From Hydrolagus affinis (lineage: Eukaryota): a DNA stretch of 64,000 nucleotides. The notes below the pieces were generated by a model, which made no database searches, was not told the DNA's origin, and saw only the letters and a list, made by a program, of their open reading frames with translations. The stretch lies in contig JAAILG010000010.1 in NCBI GenBank assembly GCA_012026655.1, positions 1 through 64,000 on the forward strand, read 5' to 3'. Positions 11,777-24,196 of this stretch are shown here, piece by piece; within the stretch, counting starts at the first letter, position 1; every line of letters begins with the position of its first letter. The translations under genes and the position numbers were made by a program.

Positions 11777-12690
11777 ACTTAGAATCTCAGAGTTAATTTG
11801 ACCAAATCTGATTCATAAACACTTTCAACATCACTGGTTGTCTTGTTTCCTTTTATTTGGAAGTTTACTTTGGATATGCCTTCTGATTTAATGGAATGCA
11901 AACCTCCTTCAGAGATAATGGAGATAATTGTTGGAGATAATTCTGTTGTTGGTAAATTTACTCTGATTGCAGGCTTCTGCAAGAAGATTTCCGCACCATG
12001 GAACCACAAATAGCACCATTTGGTGAGAAAATGCATTGCTTGATGTAGTACTTTTGTGGTGTTCACAGGATTAAAAGCCACATTCACTCAGTCACTGCGC
12101 TTATCCTCGGGCATTTAACCCCATCACCCTAATCTTGTAATGTCCTTGGTTAGCTACCATCAAACCAAACTACCCCAGACACCTTGTTGATCCAAGTAAC
12201 ATGAAGAAATCTTACTCAAATCAAGATGTTTGCCCCTGCTGTTGATCGGTGTGCTGATAGCAATCCTGACACAGGTGGCTGTTGAACAAAATTAAGCAAA
12301 TTACCAGAACATGGGAATGGGGAAAAAAAAGTCCAAATATATATTCTATTTTTCACCTGGTCTTGTTAAAATAAAGCAGATATTGTGGGTGAAAGCATTA
12401 ATGATGAAACAAAATAAGATTTTAAAAAGGCTGTAGAAAATGTTATTTGTCAAGAAATCCTTAAAACACTTATGTATATGGCTGGGCATGCTATGCTGAC
12501 AATACCCACTATATCCCAGGACAAGAAATCTAAATGTTTCACGATTGTATTTAAGATTAAAACCACAGTAAAACCCAATGTACTGTAACACCTTTGGACA
12601 TCAGAAAACAGTAATTAGTGTCCTTACCCACAATAGCAGCAACTTCTGCAAATATTAAATAATTTTACCAAATAACAGCTAGCATACAGA

Positions 12691-12704
12691 GTGCCACCTA
12701 GTGG
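12691..12704 (-). promoter_or_regulatory. Candidate CTCF site
   Basis: Minus strand CCACTAGGTGGCAC closely matches the CTCF core consensus; motif only. Confidence 0.5.
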
Positions 12705-12891
12705 TGTTTTGTAGCTGCAGTCCATTTCCTCCAGGATGGCTTCCGTTTCTCTCATGAAACAACAAGATTGTTGAAGCACAGGTGATAAGAAGTAACTTCT
12801 ATCATTTTGAGCCATCCCTCATTTCCGAGTTCAACTCGTACATGAATCCAAAGAAACGAGGATGCAAAAAGTCATTAATTACAGGTTTCAT

Positions 12892-12897
12892 TTTATT
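12892..12897 (-). terminator. AKTIP: Candidate AKTIP polyadenylation signal (AATAAA on minus)
   Basis: tttatt on + about 0.9 kb beyond the AKTIP stop codon. Confidence 0.45.
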
Positions 12898-13797
12898 CTA
12901 AGGGTAAAGCCACTAGACATTCATTGCTAGGCAGCAGATATTTCCCCCTTAAAATGCACCCCAATAAAGTACCTAATGCAATAAAACAGGATGTAACTTT
13001 GTTTACTGGGCTATTGCACAAGATGATCAGAACACAAACTAATATTGGAAGTAGTTTTCTGAATCAAATTAGTTTGCACATTCATATACAGCACTGATTG
13101 AAATTACAAACTTCCAATGTGTGCTTGAGTGACAGAGCAACTTGCACACATGGAAACAAACTCCCATTTTTTTTTGTCAAATGGAAGCACCTCTGTGCCA
13201 CAGTTACACCTAGCACCATTGTCATTTCCATCTCAAAGTGCTGATTGGGCTTTAAGTGAGCTATTTACAGATTTATACCAACATATTTACAATAGAAAAC
13301 CCAAACATGATGCTTATGAAAACCGCAAAAATACTGTCAAAAAATCAGCTATGTAAAATCATTGATTTGCCTGATTGCTCACCATTTAACCTCAAGATCT
13401 TTACCTCTCATCACCAGCCCCAAAACATAAAAAAAAATCTTCCCCATCACCATGATAGTGAAGCAGAATGGTATCACTTGTAATACAAAACACACTCCAT
13501 TCAATTCACCAACCAAATCCACCAGAATCATATTAGTTGTATTGCCAAATTTACGTAGGTAGAAGTTCCAAACAACAATTTGCAAACTGTTAAAAGTTGG
13601 ACTGCCAAGTTTAAAATGTTATAAATCTACATGAAAGAATCCCTCTTCAGCAGTTTTACATTTTTACAGTCAGGTTTTTAAAAAAAAAAACACCTTCAAG
13701 TCTAGACAGTCTGTGCCCTCAAGAGTCATCTCAACTCGCCTTGTCCACATCCCTTTTCTCAGGTAGAAAGTGCCTGCTGTGCTGATGACAGAGAGTA

Positions 13798-13908
13798 CTA
13801 GGTTTGTACAGTGTTTTCATCTTTGCTGAAAGGTTGTGTTGAACCAGGCTTTACCCATGACAGGCCAGACACATGCATTGTTTTGGTCTGCTGCTCTTCA
13901 GTTTTTTT
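13798..13908 (-). CDS. AKTIP: AKTIP last coding exon ([36 protein letters not shown])
   Basis: ttttttgcctag| acceptor, TAG stop; GLSWVKPGS motif of AKTIP/FTS C-terminus. Confidence 0.94.
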   Translation of the reverse strand, partial: KKTEEQQTKTMHVSGLSWVKPGSTQPFSKDENTVQT

Positions 13909-14288
13909 CTAGGCAAAAAAACAATTTATAAATTGATATTCACACTTCTGGAAACAGAAATAAAGTCTTTGCTGCATAAATCCTTGCATATATCCAACCA
14001 AGGCTCTCGTTCAGATCTGATTTAGAATTATACAATTCTCAATGCAGGATTACAGAATGTCACAATAAAAACAAAATGTATGGTGCCACAAAAGCACAAT
14101 ACGAGAGTCTTGAACTAGCAGTTAAAGTTATCCCATTTATGCTGCAATTCAGTAGGGCCCAAGTTGTGCAAACTCAAAGCTCAAGAAAAATATGCACTTA
14201 GTTTTCTCTTACACTGTTGACTATTAATCTCGTTCAAATTGCTGTATAAATACAAGTTTTAAAAATGACAATAAATAAAATTACTCAC

Positions 14289-14349
14289 TTTTGGAGCTAA
14301 GAGATTTTCTCTGGCTTCCTCGTGTATTGTAGGATTCCAAGGTGAAAAG
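14289..14349 (-). CDS. AKTIP: AKTIP coding exon (SFSPWNPTIHEEARENLLAPK)
   Basis: tttccccaaag| acceptor, |gtgagt donor; 61 nt, phase 2-0. Confidence 0.92.
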
Positions 14350-14762
14350 CTTTGGGGAAAATGTCAATTATAAGAAATCAATTATTTTCAGAATGATCAT
14401 ATTCAGGCTAGGATTTATAACCTCCTGTTCGCAGGGTCGGGGGAGAGAAAGAGAGAATCTACGACATATATAAATGGCTGTGTGAAAGGTTTTCAAAAAT
14501 CACATGATCATTTAAAATTTTGAAGTGGGGAATTTTTTTTACTGAGTTTCAGCGACAGCAAATGCAACAATTATTACTTCAACTTGTTGCAGGCACAAGA
14601 ACAAATTGTTAACCATGGGACGTCCTCCCGACGTGAAAGACAGAATAAAAATATAATGTTGTTGTTGTTCACCTCTAAACAATTTAAAAATGTCAAATTA
14701 ATATTGACTGATTTAATGGAAGTAAAATACTAAACACTTTCAATTAAATGTGTTCAGCTTAC

Positions 14763-14870
14763 CTAATTGCATAGGGATCATCCACTTTAGGTTGATCAAA
14801 GAGATGACTGTTACATAGTTTCACACTATCAACTACTTTGCTTTTGAATAGATGAATATCTTTTTCATAC
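14763..14870 (-). CDS. AKTIP: AKTIP coding exon ([20 protein letters not shown]...DPYAI)
   Basis: ctag| acceptor, AG|gtaagc donor; 108 nt. Confidence 0.94.
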
Positions 14871-16122
14871 CTAGAAATAAAAGATAAAACTTCTATCAAT
14901 TCAGTTTGACAGTTTAGCTGCTCTCGTCATTTTGCAGAACAGAAAGATCCTTTTAATATTTTCATCAATTGATCAAGACAGAAAAAAAAGTAAGATAATA
15001 AGGTTTGGATAAATATATCCATTTTATATGTATATTTTATACATGACACAAGAGTAAATTCTTGCCATGTTTTATGGATTGACTTCTAACAATCTCTGGT
15101 ATCTTGTAAAGTCGCAAAAGTCACAGCCCATTTCTTCAGTATTGGTTAGTGGAAATGTTGTTACTCTAGCTGTTCAGCATTACATACATTTTACAAAAAG
15201 AGTTAATCCAAGCTCTTCCAAAGAGATAATATTCTTCCCAGTGATGCTAACACCTCACTTCAGTTTCAATTTAGTTCTACAACAATTACCAACCCTGGCA
15301 ATTCTTTCTTTTTTAAAAAAAAACAAAGGCACACAGTTGATAACATGCTTGATAAAAGTTGTTCAGCAAGTTCTTCTAACACATTACCCCAGTGTATTCA
15401 GCAGTCAAACTGCCATTTTAACCATTTCCATGCTTATTTCTGTGTGAAATGCCTGCAAAGTTCAGAGCACCAATTCTCCAAAGGACAGACAATAATGTCA
15501 CATTTACTGTTCACTTCCTCTGCAAATGTTCAAAATAATACTATGGGAGAACTCATAATAATGCCCTCACATTAATTGCTACAATGAGACTTAAACATTT
15601 TCTGCAAATAACACTGAATGTACATGAAGGGATGTCATATAATTTTTTATAACAGGACAATTCCAAGTGCCAATTGACATGCACAATAGAGTAGACTACA
15701 CCCAGTCACTTTTGGAATATCACTGATGTTTCAAGATGGGCAGAATTGTGATAGCATTGTATTTTTAAGGGATCACTAAATTAAGGGAATTTTGAATTCC
15801 CGTCATTAATTTTCTAGCTTCAGATGGACATTAAATATTCACATGCATTGCAAGGATACCAACACACTCAACTTCCCTTTGAACTAAATGCTGTTTGTAT
15901 CACAGGTACAACAGGACAAATAGCATTACTAAGCCTACTGTAAAAAAAAGATTTTATACTAACAGCTAGTAGCTGATTCTATCTGAAACAATTTAAGTAG
16001 TTAATCCTAATTGTATCCATGAAGGAGATATTAAGCCTCTGGTCACAAACACACAAGTTTAATAGCAAGTCTTGGGAGAACTAAGTTGTGAAAAAAAAAG
16101 TGGATTTTCTTTCCAAACTCAC

Positions 16123-16221
16123 AGAACTGCAGCTTCAGGGTTCAGGGGATTAACTGTATCAATCTTGTAAAACACTCGGCGAGCATACATCAGTACCTGC
16201 CAGATGTGATTATGATTCCGC
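16123..16221 (-). CDS. AKTIP: AKTIP coding exon ([32 protein letters not shown])
   Basis: acag| acceptor, |gtgagt donor; 99 nt; UEV-domain PLNPEAA motif. Confidence 0.95.
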
Positions 16222-16460
16222 CTGTGGGAAGAAAAGAACCATAGCAACACAGCACTCGGAAAGCTTTCATGTACGATGTCTTCATTTACAACTTTCACAA
16301 AACTAAAAATAACATAAAATGGGCAGATTTCTTCATCTCCAGGAACAAATACACTTACAAAACAGTATATTTTTTTACCCTATCATCAGCTATGTACACA
16401 TACAATACTCATACATTATAGGGAAAGGATCATATAGGCCCTTATCACATTATCAAAGTA

Positions 16461-16647
16461 CAGTAAAAGCCTGTTTATCCGGCACCCTCGGTTAAAGCGC
16501 GTGCCGGATATTCGGCCGAAAATACAATTTTTTTAAAATGCATTTTTCCAGATAAATTCCAGTTAATCGAATGCGGAGCTTTTTTTTTGTGTGCCGGTTA
16601 TACAGAAGTTACGGTTGATCGGGTCACAGATAGATGGGCTTTTACAG
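16461..16647. mobile_element. Tc1/mariner-pogo (Tigger-like) MITE
   Basis: TA-flanked; TIR CAGTAAAAGCCTGTTTATCCGGCACCC with degenerate right TIR; second copy at 20978-21183. Confidence 0.75.
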
Positions 16648-17684
16648 TACTTGACATGTCTCAAGATAAATATGCAACATCAAATGCAAGGGTCATCATT
16701 ATAGGTTTAAAATTTGAACTACACATATTGTAATCTAATCAATTTGATAAATCAGAGTGCCCAACTGCACAAGCAGAAAGGACAAAACTAATCAGAATCA
16801 ACTATGTGGAAGTACAGGCAGACAGATGGATATGGCCATCTCTATTCTGATCATTAGTACTGTACAGTTAATTAAGACAGCTTTTTCATGTGGTATTGAA
16901 AGAATCACTCCTATGGACTAGGATCAGCATGTATTTTTTTTGGGGGGCGGGGGGAGGTGAGAGAAAGAAGGGGCTAAAACAAATTTAAACCATTATGTTT
17001 TGTTATTTAATTTATCCTCAATCCCAGCAAATGAGAGTTCTTAAAAAGATGTGGGTACTTATGTACTGTAAATCACCAGAAACCCTGGCAGTATAAGAGC
17101 CTTCCATGAAAGCCTCAAATAGCGGACAAATGAATGCATCAATTGCAGCGGGGCTAGTCACTAATCAGGAATTTAGTACAATACTTCCTTACTAATGTGA
17201 ACATTAGTGCCCCCTGGTTAACTTAGCATTTGATTTAGATACCATAATCATGAAATGGTACAGCTTGAAAGTCCTGTTAGGTTCACAACAATGGCACTGC
17301 TACACAGAAGGCTCAATCATTCAGATTTTGTTTTCACATAAAACCACCTACTGAGACAAAGAATACCTTCAAAACATTGGGAGACTGCAGAAACCCAACT
17401 CAAGCCATTTCATAACCATTTTACAAGAGTATACATTTACTTCCCAATATGAAGTGTTCAGTGAAAAAATAAAAGTCAAAAATTGTAGGGCACTGCAGAT
17501 CTGACTCCATACAAAGAAGCTTCCGATCTCAAATCGAGTTGTATTAATGTAGGCATATGGAACATTAACCATCACCTTGCACACAGCTTCCATGAATAGA
17601 ATTAATGGAGTGAGAGACATCACAACTTAAATTATGCATTACAGATTAGCCAGCATTGTAGCTGATAAAAAAGGCAATACTAAC

Positions 17685-17773
17685 CTCCATTTTGTGAATG
17701 CTCTTTTTACATCTAATTCCCCTGTCGCTGGATCTATTAGCGGGTGGAAGACGGGCATATCAAACATCAAACG
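17685..17773 (-). CDS. AKTIP: AKTIP coding exon ([29 protein letters not shown])
   Basis: ttttag| acceptor, AG|gttagt donor; 89 nt; FHP...GELD lacks the E2 catalytic Cys, as expected for a UEV protein. Confidence 0.95.
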
Positions 17774-17829
17774 CTAAAATGCAGAACACAAAGTTGAAAC
17801 ATCTTAAATTAGAGAACAATTCTTCAGAA

Positions 17830-18035
17830 TTTACCAAAATTGCTCTTCCTCACATTGAAGATCCTCAAAACCTCAAGGCGCATCTCAAAATTCTCCTCTT
17901 CGACCGAGCCTTCGAGCACCATCCTACCAACCCTGCCCCCTATTCCGACCCCCAGTTTGGGTCAAATTCTCTTGATTCCCTGGCCCTTGGGAAGTCTTCC
18001 CTTCGTGAAGGGTGCTGTACAAATATAATTATGTA
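17830..18035 (+). mobile_element. Degraded L2-like LINE 3' end
   Basis: LKAHLKILLFDRAF resembles the L2 ORF2 C-terminus, followed by the ccttggga...cgtgaagggtgct..acaaat tail. Confidence 0.55.
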
Positions 18036-18263
18036 TTTTTATATTCCTGATTAGTGTCTTGGGTCAATTCAATAATTCGTCAGGAGCCACCATAGTCCAC
18101 AAATTGTTCTGTAGCTTCTTTCATCTCTACATCATCACTACAATCCTCGCAGATAAACGATTTTTATAACGGATCATAGATAAAGGATTGCAAAGTTTTT
18201 TTTAAAAAAATGGTGCATGTTACAAGGAAACATTCTATTAAGAATTAGAGTGACATTACTTAC

Positions 18264-18364
18264 CGGACATTCTCCATCTGGGTAGTTGTCAGGGATGTAA
18301 ATAGTAAATTTAAACACACCGTCCTGATACAAGCCATGTCTTATAAAGATCACCCCAAACCACG
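18264..18364 (-). CDS. AKTIP: AKTIP coding exon ([33 protein letters not shown])
   Basis: tacag| acceptor, CCG|gtaagt donor; 101 nt. Confidence 0.96.
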
Positions 18365-18465
18365 CTGTAAGGATAGATACAAAATCAATACAGCTAGAAA
18401 TGAAAAGTGGACCAGAAATATATAAAGTTAAACCGTACATAAAAGGCTCAGCTGTGAACACTTAC

Positions 18466-18530
18466 TTAGTGCTGAACTGTATGAAGGCTGTACATATACT
18501 CCAGGCAGCTTCTGTTTTACAACTAATGTA
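18466..18530 (-). CDS. AKTIP: AKTIP coding exon (TLVVKQKLPGVYVQPSYSSAL)
   Basis: tacag| acceptor, |gtaagt donor; 65 nt. Confidence 0.94.
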
Positions 18531-18859
18531 CTGTAAAATATTAACAATTGAACAGAACACCAAGATTTCACATTTCAAAAGAAACTTTCACATGTATAAC
18601 AAAAAAATTTTAATTTAGCAAGTTACTACATACTACAGCGCTACGGGATGTCTTCCTGACTTAAAAGGCACTACACAAATGTAATTTTGTGGTTGTACAT
18701 GTGGGTAGGGAAGTGATTAGACACATGAAAGTTGGGACATTTTAGCTTCCAGCACACTGGCTCATACCCTGCAAGCTAAAAATGAAAGGCTTCTTCTAAT
18801 TTAGAATTTACAGGATTGAATTTATAAATTATAAATTTGGTCACTCAATCCGTGACTAT

Positions 18860-19190
18860 GTGTGAGACATTGTTGTGTGCAATCGGCTACTGCATTTCAC
18901 TGACAAATGCAACAACAACACTACATTTGTACAGCGCCTTGCACATAGGGAGGATGTCCCAAGGCACATGGTCAATCCACTTTACAATTGGCTGCCGCAT
19001 TTCTCCCACAATATATATATATATAGTCAATTCACTTTACAGTATACTCTGTTAAGTACTTTGAGACATCTAGAAGACGTGAAAAGAACTATATCAAATG
19101 CAAGGATTATTATTATATATTCTGTGAAGCGCTTTGAGACATCTCAACAAAGTGGTAAGGTGCTATATCAAATGCAAGGATTCTTTTTAA
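18860..19190 (+). mobile_element. Nested SINE/L2 fragments (SINE core interrupted by an inverted L2 end, duplicated tail)
   Basis: SINE core, inverted caacaacaac...cagcgcctt segment, then two tandem gcgctttgagacatct...atcaaatgcaaggatt tails. Confidence 0.6.
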
Positions 19191-19330
19191 TCAAAACAAA
19201 TTACACGGCACAATGTATAATTGCTTGCACAGAATTATTATTATAAACGGGATAGAAACAAATCCTGTCAGCTAACATGATGTTTGACTGTTGTTAACAA
19301 TAAGAACGATAACATGAAGCGATTACTCAC

Positions 19331-19539
19331 AACTCAGCAAGGAGTGAATATTCTAAATAGAAAGGACCATATGAAGCATGGGTTCCGTTTGTTGACGGCG
19401 CAGATGGGAGAGGAGAAATGGGTTTTGTAACAGGAACTGCATTTTTTGGAATAGTGGGCAATTGCTTTTTGACTGCTGAAGTGCGTGGAGGGCTGGTTTT
19501 CTGTTCTCCAGGCAAACCCCTCTCTTCACTCTCAGATTT
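19331..19539 (-). CDS. AKTIP: AKTIP coding exon ([20 protein letters not shown]...[13 protein letters not shown])
   Basis: ctgcag| acceptor, |gtgagt donor; 209 nt. Confidence 0.95.
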
Positions 19540-20019
19540 CTGCAGAAAGGAAAATAAATTAAATGGTTAACTTAGAAAATGCCAATGCTTGAGATTCAAA
19601 CTGATCATCGTAACATAATTTTGCAGGTATTGGTTATAAAGTTGCAATATTCAAGGACAGACTGGAGAGAAAAAAAAATGTGAAGAATTCCACTTCCCAA
19701 TCTCAAGCAAGCTATCCACTGAAGTAGTGAACAGAAGATCAGACATAGAAGGTGTATCTAGTCACTAGACGAGAACACTATTGATGGAACAGGCTCTCGG
19801 TCATGATAACAGGTACAGACTTGATGCAAGGAAACAAACTAAAAAGCAATCCACACACGCAATAACTTGTCCTGGTATCAGGAATGTTTTTAGCCAGCGT
19901 AGCAACTCTCAATGCACTCGAGTCTCCAGTTCCATCCACTGAAAACTTATAGAAGCAAACAGCTTCGCTTTTCCCAGTTTACATCGCAAGCTTATGAAAA
20001 TAAAGCCAGCCCTTCTTAC

Positions 20020-20061
20020 CTTACGGGCAGAACCTGTAGACATGCTCCAGAAAGGGTTCAT
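20020..20061 (-). CDS. AKTIP: AKTIP first coding segment (MNPFWSMSTGSARK); exon extends into 5'UTR to 20129
   Basis: ATG at 20061, AAG|gtaaga donor, cttccag| acceptor at 20130; MNPFWSMS is the AKTIP N-terminus; the nine exons sum to 885 nt = 294 aa + stop. Confidence 0.93.
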
Positions 20062-20977
20062 CACTTGGACCAGTGTCGCCTCCAATCGAACTGCACACCT
20101 GGTTGAACCTCTCTAGTCCACTTTATATTCTGGAAGCGAGAGAAAAAAAATGATATCTTTCTCATTCTAGTCAACCAACAAATCAAATTCCAAGACTTCT
20201 CAAGGCCCAGCTGAGTTAGCCCGAGGCTTTTTGACTTGCAAAGCAAGTTTATCTTGCAGCACAATCGATGAATTTTATTTTTTAAAAAGGCCGTCAGGAC
20301 ACCGGACATACAAGTTTAACCAGACAATCTTATCACTTTTGCAACATTATACAACATATTGACGAGACGGAAACCAATAAGAATATTGAAATAAGCAATT
20401 AAATGTCATGAAAACGACAAATGAAAAAGGACTCGAAGGTCATTAGCAGTCTTCGAGGCACACGTCATATCACCGCCAAAAGAAACATATTGCTCAGGAA
20501 GTGACTTTGGACAACTTCTAGCAGATGGCGGTGTAGACTGCCAGCCACACAGTGCAGGGATCATCTGGCAGTCTAGACATGTGTTCCAGTCGCACAAGTT
20601 TAGAAACATAAACCAGCTGTAAAAAGAGTGGCTGCAACACCATAGAAGTCTTGTCCCTTAAGATCATTTTGTTGCAATAGCGCTACTGTCCCGTCAAAAA
20701 TTTGGAAACTTCTCCCCAAAATTTGGAACAAGACAATTCAATACGACGTGTCATGCAACACTGTTTTCTCAGATATAAACCTGTAGTAACATGCATGCAA
20801 ACAAGGTTGAGCACTCCCTGCCTGAACAGTAAGAACACAAATATCTGGGCTTGAGAGCTGTAATTTGAGCTCAAGATTCAGAAAACTTTATCAAATGTGT
20901 TCAGGTATTCAATTGGATCTCAGGGCTCAGATAACCTCCTGAAATATTATAATACACTCACATTTCTTAAGCAAGTA

Positions 20978-21183
20978 CAAGTAAAAGCCTGTTTATCCAG
21001 CACCCTCGGGACCTGGCCAATGCCGGTTAAAGTGAGTCCTGGATATTCGGCCTAAAACGCAAAAAAAAATTTAAATGCATTTTCCGGATAAATTCCGGTT
21101 AATCGAATGCGGACTTTTTTTTGTGATGTCGGTTAAACGGAAGTTACGGTTGATCGGGTGCCGGATAAACAGGCTTTTTACTG
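20978..21183. mobile_element. Tc1/mariner-pogo (Tigger-like) MITE, second copy
   Basis: TA-flanked; TIRs agtaaaagcctgtttatccagcaccc ... gggtgccggataaacaggctttttactg; internal sequence shared with 16461-16647. Confidence 0.8.
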
Positions 21184-21864
21184 TATATATTTGCTGTTTT
21201 GTAACATGGTCTGTAACACAAAGAGATCTTATGCAGACCAATAATACCATCAAGCATATAGAACAGCAGTTTTAGCTCATAGATTTCTGGCAAAATATAT
21301 GGACAATTTAGACCAACTTCATAGAATTGGCAGGTATTTTGTTTCTTTAGCCACAAGGGAAATCAACTACTTTACTTATAGTGTACACCCAAATAAACAA
21401 TTTTAGAGAGTTGTCTCTAATTTAAGAAACTGACCTAAAACTCTTACTTTCTCCCTGGATCGACAATAGATATACTTCAGGAGTGCGAGAATTTACTCAA
21501 TCCCCTTAAGAAAACACTGTCGCTGCAGTGAACATCCACATACCAAAAAGAAGGCTGTACAAACATCAGTCTATTGAGAACCATGTAAAGCAAGTATAGA
21601 CAAGAGTATAAAATGCATGGAGTAGAGGACATTATTGGTTATCTATATTATGTAAATAACTACCGAAAGTTTGATTTTTTATTTCATCATTAAATCTGGT
21701 TCATTAGTTAATTATACAATTAAGGACACCTGTAATTCCCTCTGTACTCCATTTATATACTCACATACATTTACAATTGCAAATCAATAGGAGTCTTGTG
21801 TAATTAGAGCACACATAGTTAGCATATTGATCTGATCTCCACAAAATAATTCTTATTATTCAGT

Positions 21865-22092
21865 ATAGCGCCTTTCATGCTGGGATGTCTTAAGGCACTT
21901 CACAGGATATACTGCAAAGTGCAGTAGGTGTAGGTGAACGCAGCAGACAATTTGCACACACAAACAGCCATGAAGAGATTGTTAGCCAGGCCATTGGGAG
22001 AAAGTCCCTTCTCTTTTCGAGTGGTGCCATGGATCCCCTATGTCCACCTGAAGAGGCAGATTGGAGATCGATTTAATGTCTCACCCAAAGGA
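21865..22092 (-). mobile_element. Old DeuSINE (LmeSINE/AmnSINE-type) fragment
   Basis: gtgccatggatc...tgtccacctgaagaggcagattggagatcgatttaatgtctcaccc is the reverse complement of the Deu-SINE central segment as I recall it. Confidence 0.5.
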
Positions 22093-23454
22093 CGATTTGT
22101 GACTACCCAACTCAAAGCGACATAAGATTGCATGGCCCTAAATCCCCGCTGATAACACTGCAAAACAGCGTACAAAATGTATGAAAACAGTTGCAGGCTC
22201 CCTGGTGTATTGAGCCTCATTTTCTTTTAGGTGATTAGTTTTAAATCTCATTTTCAAGAAGGAAAATAATAGGCTGCTGGACTGATGTGGTTTCCTTTGC
22301 AGGTCTTATCAGTGCAGATAGACACTGCCTTGCTGAAGAAGTTACAAAATATGTAATTTTCTTTAACAATGTATATTTCTATAAGGTCAAACTATTCTAA
22401 ATCAGAGCTACAGTTCCCGTTCATGAGCACATTTCGCAATGCTCAGATCTGTGACTCAGCAGATTGTTTAACTTGAGTAGGTTAAACACTTTCGGAATTA
22501 GTGTGTGGAGGAGAGACATGCAATTAACTGCTCTTAATTTGGCAGTCAAACCTCCTCACACCCATTTTTCAAGACAAAAAGTCTGGATAAAATCTCTAAT
22601 TCTAAGACTAATTTAATGGTTACCCTTTCCAAACCCCTGTGCCAATGCATGAATTAACAACAACAACAAAATTACACTTGTATAGCACCTTTCACGTCAG
22701 GAGGACGTCACTTTACAGTATATTGTGTGAAGCACAGTACAAATTAATACTCTGAACATGGATTGTTAGCTTCACATTTCACAGGGTCATGAACTTGCAC
22801 CTGTCTCAAGACATTTAGGGAATTTACCACACACAAAACAGCTGTGACTTACTCACTGCTGACAATGGTTGGTGCACCATACTTTAATCAAACAGTCTGC
22901 CATTTTCGTGAGTGCCCAAAGTATAGGTATAGAGGCACACAGACCCAAATTACAGCACTACAGATTAAATTGGATCTAAATTGGATGTGCTCCCACTGGA
23001 TCTGCTCCACTGTTCAATCACTGTTGGGGAACCACTTGATCAAATTACACAGAATTGTGTGTATTTCTTTTGTTCCAGTTGCAATTGCTGAATGCATTAT
23101 ACAAAGCACATATTAAATTCACAACTCTAAGATTCTGTACGCTTGTCAAGCTCTTGGGAGGATTTTGCTTGTTTCACAAAAATTACCGATGAAATACTGC
23201 TACATTAACGTGAAGCTAATATGTCTCTCAGACACCTTTTAAATTATAGCATTTTTAATTTATCAGAATCTTCACACACATCTGATATGCATCGGCAGCA
23301 CTCATCTGGATTATTAACAGCAATTCTCCCCACTTGGGTAATTTTTTTCCTCTGATGTCACAAGAGTAATTATGAAGGGACAGGTGTTCTAATTCTATTC
23401 ATTACCAGCCACTTAAATAAAGGTCATTCTCAACATCGGTGAATAAAATAATCC

Positions 23455-23600
23455 AAATTGAGGGAGAGAGTTCCAGATTTCCACTACCCTTTGGGTGAAA
23501 AACTGCAACCTGATTTCTCTCCTAAATGGTTTAGCTCTAATTACAAGATTATGAATCCCTTTTTCTGGATTCCCCCACCAGAACAAATAGATTCTCTTGT
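23455..23600 (-). mobile_element. CR1 LINE ORF2 C-terminal fragment
   Basis: HNLVIRAKPFRREIRLQFFTQRVVEIWNSLPQ, typical CR1 ORF2 C-terminus. Confidence 0.8.
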
Positions 23601-24196
23601 TGTACTGCATTTTACAGTCCAGATTAGCTTTAAATTTTCTTCTAGTATTGTAATTTACCAATACTATAACATGTCTTAAAGCTTGGTAGCATGTTAGCTT
23701 AAGTGCAACTTGCCAGGGATCAACCTATATTTATACAAAGACCTTGGGTTCTAGATTGTGCAAAATTGCCTCTGAATTGTCTCTCATTCAAGATAACCCC
23801 GGTAAATGCAAGGGCATGAAGGGGGGAGATGAGGTGTAGGTGAGCATGAGGATCTTGACACTGTTGTGGTGAGAGACAACCCGGCAGAATGCACAAACAA
23901 AGCAACAGCGGAGCATCGGATATCAAGTGAGATGTGGAACATATTCAGAGAACAATTGCAACCACACAATGCAAGAAACAGTTGAATGAAAGATAGCAAT
24001 AACAACAACTTAGCTTTCATAGGGTCCCGGAGCGCCAGGGCTGCAATATAACTTGAAAAACTGTCAACATTGCACTGCTCTAAGTCAGTCAGTAAAACAG
24101 TTGAAGGCTTAACCTCAAGTACTGGGAGTGGGGCACCAGCAGAAAATCAGTCAGAAGAGCCAAAAGTGCAAGCTAAGGTGTAGGGCTGCTGCAACA

